Position numbers and translations under genes: made by a program. A stretch of 64,000 bases of DNA, taken from positions 124,001-188,000 of the IMG/VR virus record IMGVR_UViG_3300027573_000779; one strand, written 5' to 3'. The notes beneath the pieces are model-generated. The model did not search any database, was not told where the DNA came from, and worked only from the letters and a program-made list of their open reading frames with translations. This document shows, piece after piece, positions 1 through 8,484 of this stretch (the first letter of the stretch is position 1; each line of letters starts with the position of its first letter).

Positions 1-2
1 TG

Positions 3-3000
3 CCAAACTTTGCAAAAGCTCCGCAATTTTCTCAACTTCAATTAAAAGAAATTTTGGGCGGCTCAACTGAAGCTAGAAAAGCTGTTTTCCAAGACAGTCA
101 ATTTGTTTTAAAATACGGAAAATCTTCTGGTCACGCTATAAATGAATTTGTTTCAAATAGATTATTTAATGCTTTTGGCGAAAACGTGCCCGAAGCTCAA
201 TTAATTGACACTCCTCAAGGTAAAGCCTTTCTGTCTAAATTCATCCAAAGTCAATCTTTTGGAGAACTGTATGATAAAGGAGATATTAATACAAGACAAA
301 GATTAATTCAAGGAGTTAAACCTTCTTTTGCGGCTCATGCGGCCTTTGCTAATTGGGACGCATTTGGCGATTGGAATCCAGCAGGAGCCAATGTAAGACT
401 AGATTCAAATAATAGACAGTTTTTTGTGGACTTGGGTGGGGCTTTAGCTTATAGAGGTTTGGGCGCACCTAAACCCAATTTTGGTCCAGAAGTGCCCGAA
501 CTGCGTTCTCTTATTGATTATGCATCTAATCCTTATGCTAAAGCCGCTTTTAAATTTCAACCAGAAGAGCTAAAATCTAATGTTGCCGATTTTCTAAAAA
601 GAACTCCGTCAAATTTAAGCGGTTTGTTAGAGTCTTTAAATAGTGAAACCCAAGGGGACCCACATATCACTAAAGCACTAAAACAAATTCCTAATCGTTT
701 AAATTATCTTAGAAACTTTATTAAATCCAAAGGTTCTATCCCAAATTTCGCGTTCTTTTCAGGAATAGCTTCTGTCGCGCAATCACTTACAGGAGCTAAA
801 AAACTTCCAAAACAAAACATTCGTGCTAACATTACTCCCGAAGAAATGGAGGCAATCTATTTTAATTACGCTAAAACCATTTATAATCCTCAAAAAGGAA
901 AAATCCCAGTAGGTTTAAATTATTTTGCGAACAAGGCTTTCAATTCCGCGATGTTTGAACATCAAGGCTCTTATGTTTTTGGTTCTCACGATAACGAGTT
1001 GTTCCTTCCAACTCACTTTGCTCCAAAAAGCTTAAAGGGCGGATTTGCGGCGCAAAAAGCATTAAGTGAATATTCTAATGTAATGTATGCCGTAACTCAG
1101 GAAATGACCCCAATGCTAGAAAGACTTGGGTTCAGTGTGGCTAAATCTGGAGTTAAAGTTCCCTTCAGGGGCGGAACTGCATTAAAAGACTTTTTGGTTT
1201 CTGATAAACTGCGAACCCCAATGTTTCTTACCAATTTCCTTTCTCAAATGAAACAGGGAGCGGGTTCTAAATACGTTAAACAATATTTAACAAGAGAAGA
1301 CCAAGCTAAATTTAGTCATTATTATCCTTATGGTGGGGGAACTCCGGGCGAAGATGAAGCTATTGAATACTTAAGAAACAGAGGAATTACAGCTAATCAG
1401 GGCAAAATTCCTTCGTCTAATGCGTATTTAAAAGCTAAGTTAACGCACGTCCCCAATTTTGCTCTTCTTGACTCTCTTAGGAGTTTAATTGATGTTCAAA
1501 ACAATAAGTTTTTGGGTTCGAAATTACCCAATACACTTGGAGAAATTTACCCTGTTATAAGGGACCAATTTCCTAAAATAGGACCAATCTTAAAGGGAAT
1601 TAACCCTAGATTACTACTAGATGATATTAATGTTGATAGTGGGACATTATATCGAGGTTTTGCTAGAGCTGTGCGCTCAAAAACATATGACGGTCCTTTT
1701 AGAGCATATGACAGTCCTATTAAACCCTCCGAAACCGTCACAGGTGAACTTGACTTTTTATATAACTTTACGCACGCTTTAAATAGAGGCCAACCGTTAA
1801 AATTCCAAAAAGCCTCGCTAGAAGCCCTGTTCCAAATTGGCGCTCAAGCAAAACAAGAAGGGATAACTGATAAAGTAGGTATCAATACAAATAGCGACCC
1901 ATTTTTTAGAAACCTCGGAAACCCGCAACAACATAGAGATTTTGCACGAAACTTTTTAAATTTAGATAAATCAAAACCCAATCAATCCTTTATTCAAAAA
2001 TATGTAAACAAAATTTTTGACAGAAACAATATAGATGCTGATGAAAACCATATTTCAAAAAACATTGATGTAGGAAACAACACATTGCGTTTATATATTG
2101 AAAAAGAAAGAGGTGACATAAGGTTTTCGTCAAATGGAAGTTTTCATTCTTTAACTGGAGCGGGCGCGTTTTCAACCATGAAAGCTTTAACGCCCGCGTT
2201 AAGAATTATGTTGTGGGGCGCAAGCAAACTAAATCCTAACTTAAAATTTAACTTTAAAGGAGTTTATGGAGACGAAAAAACAGCCTATACCCGTCAAAAG
2301 TTATATTTAAGACAATTAAAAAAGGCCGGAATTCCATTTGAAGGAGGAGTTCATGATACAGCCTATTTTAGTTTTCCAAAAGGAAGTAGTTACAAAAATA
2401 AAGGTAATATTCCCAACTTTGCGGACCCTTTAATTGAGGCTGTTAATAGAGAAATTGCCGCTGGTGTTAATCCTAAGCTTATTAAAGTGGGCCGCCACCC
2501 AAATTTGCGCTCAAGTGAAAATCCCCTAGGATTAGGAGTTTATAATAAGCGCGATGAACCTTCAGGTCTTTATCAAGGTATTTCAAGGGCTATTAGAGAA
2601 GGAATGAATCCTAGAACTTATGGAATGAAGTTCAAAGGAAAGCTGCCAAATTTTGCCCCTAAAGGTGCAGGAGCCGAAAGGGTTCTTCAAGAAGCATCAA
2701 TTAACGAAGGAAGCATAAATACTATTATGGCTCGCTTCCGTGAATTGTCTAGCGCTATTGCCAACTCAACAATTCCATTAAGCCAATTAAGTGCCGCCGC
2801 TCAAACCGTTGCAGCTACAATGCAATCACTTTCTAAAGGACTTGGTTTAACTGAAGAACAAACAAAGAGATTTAGTCAATCAATCGGAGACTCACTAAAA
2901 AGAACTGTCAGTGATGAACAAAATAGACGTAAAGCCGCCGCTGAACCTATTTACTCGTCTGTAGATATTTCAGACAGAAAAAGAGTTAATGCTGCCAGAA

Positions 3001-6000
3001 GAGCGGAAGAAAGAGCTAAAAAAAGAGCAGAAGAAGAGGGATATCTTATTAGACAAGCTGAGGCTTCGGAAAACCGAAGAGAACAAAGAAGATTGGGCAA
3101 CAAAGCTGTTATTTATCCAAGTGGAACTACAACAGAAAATACAAGAACAAGATTAACTCAACCTCCCCTTGAATTTCGTCAAAGGACCTTTAATCCTCTA
3201 GAAAGACAAATAGCTAGAGAAGTGGCTGCAAAACCATTTACATTAGCTTTACCTGAAAGAGCTTTAGGTTTTGCTCGTAAATTAGGAGTTTCAGATAGAT
3301 TTTTAACCTCTTCAGAAAACTATAACCTTTTTAGACAAGTTTCAAGACAGGCGGGTCCAGAAGAAAAACAGGCGCTGAAAGGTATTAGAGACCAAAGAAA
3401 CGCAAGTTTCATTAATAAAGCTTTTGCCGTTTCCTTTGCTGCTCCATTAGTCGGAGGAGTAATAACTGAGGCTATTGGACAATCTACCCCTACCCGAAGA
3501 GGGGTTGGAACCGGAGTTCAAACATTAGCTAACGCCGCAAGTTTTGGCGCTATTGGTGCTCAGTTTGGTGGACCTTATGGGGCCGCTGCTGGCGCGGCTG
3601 TGGGTTTAGCATTTGGATTAATTCCCACCTTTAAAGCTTTTAATGATACATTGCCCGATTTAAGTAAGAGGTTGGAAATAGCCACAGAAGGAGCTAATAG
3701 ATTTTCAGAGGGCTTGAATACATTTATTAGCACTGGCGAGAAGTTAAAGTTTTTATACGAGAATCCAACTCCGAATTTAGGACGTGACGTTGCTAGACTT
3801 CAAGCTCAAAGAGCTACATCTTTTACATTGTTACCAATTGATATCCAAAGACGTTTAACGGAAGCCGAAAAGAAAGGCGACACGACAGAAATCGCAAGTA
3901 TTAGCCAAGAAGGACAATTAAGAAATATCCGAGAAGTGAATGGTCTCGCAATTGCAAAAACCTTAGGAACGGCAGTTCAAGAAAAATCTACTGAAGCTAT
4001 GCTTGCGGGTTTAAAAAGCTTTGAAGCGGAAGTTTTAGGTATTACTAACAAACAAGGCGAAACATTCGCTCAATATCTACAAGAAAACAGGGCAGCTTTT
4101 AACCTATTGAAAGGGCAAAACGATGAAAATTCGATAGACAGACTAAACAATGTAATCAAGAACTTTAGTCCAAATCAATATCAAAACATTTTACCAGCGT
4201 TAAATCAAATAGCCGCCGAAGGAACTCCGTTACGTGGACTTTTTGGGAAAAATTCTTTAAAAACCATTACAAATGAAACCTTTGATTTAAACAAGCAGGG
4301 AGCCGAAGCTAGTTTAAGAAACGTTAAAAATGCCAACAGAAATCTAAATTCTTTTGGAGATGCGATTTTTAAAGTTCAAGAAAGACTAATTGATTTTGGA
4401 GGTAGAGTTAATACAGCTACAACTTTATTAGTATCTAATTTAAGGGCCGCTTCAGAACGTTTGGAAATTCTAGCTGAAGGAACACTGGCCCAAAGAGCGC
4501 CATTTATTAGAGAAGAAAATCTCCCGCTAGTTAGAGCGGGACTAAATACGGAAGTTTTACTTGAACAATTTAATAATCAAAGAACAAATATAGCCGCCGC
4601 TAGTCAAAGAGAAATTGCACTATCTATAAGCGATTCCTTAAATAGATTCTTTGAAGGAGCTTTGGATTTAAGCAAGAGTGAAACCGGAGAAGGTAACAAA
4701 ATTATTGATATTCAAAAGCAAACCCAAGACACAACGCGCCAATTGCTTAGAATTGTAGACCAAAACGGACCCGAAGCACTAAACACTAATTTTGATGAAA
4801 TAAGTGATACTTTAAAAACCCAATTACAATCTCTTAATATAGATATTCAAAAAAGCGGATTTGCTTCAAAGTTCCAAAATTTACAACAAGACCTACTTAG
4901 AAACGTTTCTTTTTCGGTTCGCAGAAATAGAACAGAACAAGGAAACCAAGAATCTGTTTTAAGACAAGATATAATTAATAATGCTGTAAACGACTTAATT
5001 AAAGCTCAACAAGAGACCAATTCCAGAGTCCAACAAAGAAATCTATCTTTAGGGGGCGGGATTGAATCAATTTTAAATACAAACTTTCTATCTCAAAGGC
5101 GCGGCTTTGCTTACGAAGAAAACGCGGGAAGAATCCTAGGTAGAAATGATATTATTGGAGCTAACGCTTTAAGACAGGCAGATTTATTAAACTCTTTTAA
5201 TGTCGAAGTTCCTCAAGAGCTTAGAAACCGTATTGGAAGGGGCGCACAGTCAAATCTTCAAAGGGCAGGTATTAGCTTACCTCAAGAAGCTATTGACCAA
5301 ATGATAGAAAATAGGTATCCGCGTGAAGGGACTGACCAAGAAATCCAAAAGGTTATTCTCCAAACTACCAGTTTATACAAAGCTTTAGAAAAGCAATTTA
5401 ATGACCCATTAAAAATTACAAGTCAGGGGATTTCAGAGTTAGTTGCTTTAGCTAAAGGAACGGGTTTAAGAATTACAACCCAAAATACGCCAATTGAAGA
5501 CACTGCTGCGTTTTTCGATAAAAAAACAGAATCTCAAACCGCTCCAACCAAAACGGTCCCAACTCAATTACAAGATGTTGATAGCAGAATAAACACACTA
5601 ACTAAGACGAGTTTAGATATTTTAAACAGGCAAGGAAAACGGACTGATATTATAAACTCAATCCAAAAAGAGCTAAATCAAAGCGAAGATTCTCATCAAG
5701 TTCGTAGTGTTAGTCCGTTTGCTGCTCTTGGTAGAACTAGCGGCCAGTTGACAACGGAACCAACACCAGCTCAAATTACTGCAAAAGCCATACTTTTAGA
5801 AACCAAAAAAGACTTTGATAAAAACCAATTGAGACAAAAAGACTTAGAAAAACAAATCAACGAACTCCGCGAACAAAAAAGAATCTTAGAGTTTCCACAA
5901 GACCCCATCAATCAACTCTTAAATTTCTTTCCTTCACAAAGAGGAAAACTAATTGAAGAAGCCCGAACTCCAATCAATACCGAGGTTCTTGGACCAATCT

Positions 6001-7649
6001 TGCCACCAGAACTAGAACGAGAAAGACTTAAAAATGAAATTCTTGAACTAGCAAAAAGCTTTGGATATTTAACAAACGTTATAACCAAGTTTAGTGGCCG
6101 AATCAACGATATATCAGTTCTTCCTAGAAACAGAAGAGGGGCACAAACTCTTGTTGACACCAGTTTAGGTCAAATTAACGAAAACGAAGAGCCTTTATCA
6201 AGAAGAAGACTGTTTGAAACGGCTGGCGCTGCCGCTGGATTCTGGAATTCAGCCAACGACACTGTTCTAGAATTCCAAAAAACAATAATTGACACTGCTG
6301 AAACTTTTAGAAGTTCATTCAAACAAGCCGCTGGCGACATGATTACAGGCTCTAAGTCTGTGGAAGAAGCTTTTAGGGAAATGGGCCTGAATATTGGTAA
6401 CAGATTCTTGAGTAATGTAGCTGGCAACTCGGTTGACTCACTTTTAGGACTTTTGGGCCAAGCTGGAGGAGGACTTGGCAGCTTCTTTACCACAAAACGG
6501 AACACTGGTGGGCTTATTCAAAAGTTCGCTAAGGGTGGTAGAGTAAAAGGTGGTTCGGGCACTAGAGATGATGTTCCCGCTCTACTAGATGGAGGAGAAT
6601 TTGTAATAACTAAGCGTGCGGCACAAGCTATTGGTTATGAAAAACTTAATAAACTTCAAAAAAGAGCAGAATCAGGCAAATTTAATACTGATGGCGGACC
6701 AAGTGGCGCACCTTCTGAAGTATTAGTGGGTGCTAATTCAGTAAGAATTAATCTCCAAAACGCATTTAAGTATAATGACGCTTACAAGCCAACCAAGGGA
6801 ACTTTGGCTGTTGACCCTAGATTATCTGCCTTTGCGCTGACAGACGATAACAACCCTCAGAATCAAATCAGGGTTGAAAGAGAAGCGGCATTTTATAGTT
6901 ATTTGCAAGCTCGCAAACAATATCATGCGCAAAAAGTTAAAACTTTAAGTGAATACGAGGAACGGCGCAGGGTGCAGGCGGGGATGATTGTTTTCAGTGC
7001 CGCTTTAAGTGGACTTAGCGGCTTTTTAAACTCTAGTGGAAACAGTGGCCAACCTGCATCACATTACAGTGCCTTTGATACCAGTCCTGTAAGTCGCAAT
7101 CCTAGCTTATATCGCTTTGCTTCTGGTGGACCAGTTAGAACACCTAAAGTTCCAGCTTTATTAACTGGGGGCGAGTTTGTGTTCTCTCCTGCCGCAACCA
7201 GAAACATAGGTCTTTCAACCTTGGGTTCGATGAACCAAGTGCGCGGCTATGCCGATGGGGGCTTAGTTTCGCCTTTTGGTAGCGTTACTCAGGTTGGAGA
7301 TAATAGATTAACAGACTATCTCTCCAAGTTAATCATGGTGTCTGAGTCAATCAGAGAAGCTATTGGAGCACAAAAAGGAACGCCGAACGCCAAGCCCCAA
7401 AAGGAAACTTCTCAGGCTATTAATAACAATATCAGTATTTCTATTACTGTTAATAAAGACGGAAGCGTTAAGAGTAATGTCAACAGCGAAAATGGCAAGA
7501 AAAATGATGGAAGCGGCAACAAAGAAGAAAAAGAAACTGAAGAAGAGAAATATAAGAGACTTGCGCGAATGATTGACGGTAAAGTTATGGAAGTCCTAGC
7601 TCGCGAACAAAAACCGGGAGGCGTTCTTTACGACTTGGATTCAAGATAA
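3..7649 (+). CDS. Tape measure protein, 5'-truncated, with N-terminal cargo (effector-like) domains
   Basis: The frame is open from base 3 (PNFAKAPQF...), so the gene starts upstream of the window. It has a long helical Ala/Gln/Leu-rich body, a Gly/Ala hydrophobic stretch (GAIGAQFGGPYGAAAGAAVGLAFG), C-terminal FAxGG...VPALLxGGEFV repeats and a REQKPGGVL end, all typical of siphovirus TMPs. Confidence 0.85.
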   Translation, partial: PNFAKAPQFSQLQLKEILGGSTEARKAVFQDSQFVLKYGKSSGHAINEFVSNRLFNAFGENVPEAQLIDTPQGKAFLSKFIQSQSFGELYDKGDINTRQRLIQGVKPSFAAHAAFANWDAFGDWNPAGANVRLDSNNRQFFVDLGGALAYRGLGAPKPNFGPEVPELRSLIDYASNPYAKAAFKFQPEELKSNVADFLKRTPSNLSGLLESLNSETQGDPHITKALKQIPNRLNYLRNFIKSKGSIPNFAFFSGIASVAQSLTGAKKLPKQNIRANITPEEMEAIYFNYAKTIYNPQKGKIPVGLNYFANKAFNSAMFEHQGSYVFGSHDNELFLPTHFAPKSLKGGFAAQKALSEYSNVMYAVTQEMTPMLERLGFSVAKSGVKVPFRGGTALKDFLVSDKLRTPMFLTNFLSQMKQGAGSKYVKQYLTREDQAKFSHYYPYGGGTPGEDEAIEYLRNRGITANQGKIPSSNAYLKAKLTHVPNFALLDSLRSLIDVQNNKFLGSKLPNTLGEIYPVIRDQFPKIGPILKGINPRLLLDDINVDSGTLYRGFARAVRSKTYDGPFRAYDSPIKPSETVTGELDFLYNFTHALNRGQPLKFQKASLEALFQIGAQAKQEGITDKVGINTNSDPFFRNLGNPQQHRDFARNFLNLDKSKPNQSFIQKYVNKIFDRNNIDADENHISKNIDVGNNTLRLYIEKERGDIRFSSNGSFHSLTGAGAFSTMKALTPALRIMLWGASKLNPNLKFNFKGVYGDEKTAYTRQKLYLRQLKKAGIPFEGGVHDTAYFSFPKGSSYKNKGNIPNFADPLIEAVNREIAAGVNPKLIKVGRHPNLRSSENPLGLGVYNKRDEPSGLYQGISRAIREGMNPRTYGMKFKGKLPNFAPKGAGAERVLQEASINEGSINTIMARFRELSSAIANSTIPLSQLSAAAQTVAATMQSLSKGLGLTEEQTKRFSQSIGDSLKRTVSDEQNRRKAAAEPIYSSVDISDRKRVNAARRAEERAKKRAEEEGYLIRQAEASENRREQRRLGNKAVIYPSGTTTENTRTRLTQPPLEFRQRTFNPLERQIAREVAAKPFTLALPERALGFARKLGVSDRFLTSSENYNLFRQVSRQAGPEEKQALKGIRDQRNASFINKAFAVSFAAPLVGGVITEAIGQSTPTRRGVGTGVQTLANAASFGAIGAQFGGPYGAAAGAAVGLAFGLIPTFKAFNDTLPDLSKRLEIATEGANRFSEGLNTFISTGEKLKFLYENPTPNLGRDVARLQAQRATSFTLLPIDIQRRLTEAEKKGDTTEIASISQEGQLRNIREVNGLAIAKTLGTAVQEKSTEAMLAGLKSFEAEVLGITNKQGETFAQYLQENRAAFNLLKGQNDENSIDRLNNVIKNFSPNQYQNILPALNQIAAEGTPLRGLFGKNSLKTITNETFDLNKQGAEASLRNVKNANRNLNSFGDAIFKVQERLIDFGGRVNTATTLLVSNLRAASERLEILAEGTLAQRAPFIREENLPLVRAGLNTEVLLEQFNNQRTNIAAASQREIALSISDSLNRFFEGALDLSKSETGEGNKIIDIQKQTQDTTRQLLRIVDQNGPEALNTNFDEISDTLKTQLQSLNIDIQKSGFASKFQNLQQDLLRNVSFSVRRNRTEQGNQESVLRQDIINNAVNDLIKAQQETNSRVQQRNLSLGGGIESILNTNFLSQRRGFAYEENAGRILGRNDIIGANALRQADLLNSFNVEVPQELRNRIGRGAQSNLQRAGISLPQEAIDQMIENRYPREGTDQEIQKVILQTTSLYKALEKQFNDPLKITSQGISELVALAKGTGLRITTQNTPIEDTAAFFDKKTESQTAPTKTVPTQLQDVDSRINTLTKTSLDILNRQGKRTDIINSIQKELNQSEDSHQVRSVSPFAALGRTSGQLTTEPTPAQITAKAILLETKKDFDKNQLRQKDLEKQINELREQKRILEFPQDPINQLLNFFPSQRGKLIEEARTPINTEVLGPILPPELERERLKNEILELAKSFGYLTNVITKFSGRINDISVLPRNRRGAQTLVDTSLGQINENEEPLSRRRLFETAGAAAGFWNSANDTVLEFQKTIIDTAETFRSSFKQAAGDMITGSKSVEEAFREMGLNIGNRFLSNVAGNSVDSLLGLLGQAGGGLGSFFTTKRNTGGLIQKFAKGGRVKGGSGTRDDVPALLDGGEFVITKRAAQAIGYEKLNKLQKRAESGKFNTDGGPSGAPSEVLVGANSVRINLQNAFKYNDAYKPTKGTLAVDPRLSAFALTDDNNPQNQIRVEREAAFYSYLQARKQYHAQKVKTLSEYEERRRVQAGMIVFSAALSGLSGFLNSSGNSGQPASHYSAFDTSPVSRNPSLYRFASGGPVRTPKVPALLTGGEFVFSPAATRNIGLSTLGSMNQVRGYADGGLVSPFGSVTQVGDNRLTDYLSKLIMVSESIREAIGAQKGTPNAKPQKETSQAINNNISISITVNKDGSVKSNVNSENGKKNDGSGNKEEKETEEEKYKRLARMIDGKVMEVLAREQKPGGVLYDLDSR

Positions 7650-8482
7650 TCAAGACGTTTCTGAAGTTTAATAATTTCCTGTTCAAGCATATGAACAGCT
7701 TGATTATACACAATATCCATAGTGAAGCTGTTTTTGGCCATTGTGGGCAAGTTTAAAACAGGAGTAAAGTCTCTAGAAATAGAATATTCAGTGTTAAAAA
7801 GGGTTGGGCCAGTATAGGGAATATTCAAATAAAGTTGCCATTTAGAACAACTTATATTGATAACTTTAAGTTCTCGCGGCAAAGGAGTTTCAACAATGAT
7901 TTTATTTACTGACGAATTTACTTGAATAATTCTATTGGTTACAGTAGTATATTCATTTAAATAAATAAATGAAACACCAATTTTAGCATTCTTTCCAGTG
8001 CCGCCGCTTAAAAAACATTCCGTAGATGAAGTCATAACATATCTACCTCTGTTTTTTATATTTATTCTTTTGATTTTGCCCTCTTCAACTCCTATTACAT
8101 TTATTTGCGCCGCAACCCCAATTCCGCCTTCTAAAGTCAGCACGTCACCTACTGAATAACCAGTGCCAGCATCCAAAATTGACACTACTGTATCCAATTC
8201 AAGCTCTTTATAAGAAATCTTTATTACATCTTCTACTTGAAGGTGAGGCGCGACTATTTCATTAATCACAATAGTTTGAAGTCCTTCAATAATGCAATTA
8301 TTAAACATAAAAACACATTCTTCCTTTTTATTTATAAAATAGAATGCGTTTTGACTGTTAATAGTTAAATAAGTTCCATCAACAACTTCTCTTAAATCGT
8401 CGCTGGAAGAAACATAGGCAATATGACTACCGTTCAAGATAGACAAACTGCCTCCTTTGATTTTTTTACGTTGAAGTAACAT
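7628..8482 (-). CDS. Probable virion/tail-associated protein
   Basis: 284 aa, directly downstream of the tail fibre. Contains DAGTGYSVGDVLTLEGG and GGTGKNA motifs of the kind seen in phage structural proteins; C-terminal coiled coil. Confidence 0.45.
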   Translation of the reverse strand: MLLQRKKIKGGSLSILNGSHIAYVSSSDDLREVVDGTYLTINSQNAFYFINKKEECVFMFNNCIIEGLQTIVINEIVAPHLQVEDVIKISYKELELDTVVSILDAGTGYSVGDVLTLEGGIGVAAQINVIGVEEGKIKRINIKNRGRYVMTSSTECFLSGGTGKNAKIGVSFIYLNEYTTVTNRIIQVNSSVNKIIVETPLPRELKVINISCSKWQLYLNIPYTGPTLFNTEYSISRDFTPVLNLPTMAKNSFTMDIVYNQAVHMLEQEIIKLQKRLDYLESKS

Positions 8483-8484
8483 TA

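Noticed and set aside
1547-7572. Short ORFs inside or antisense to the tape measure gene
   Set aside because: Fully nested in a 2,500-aa gene with no recognisable motifs.
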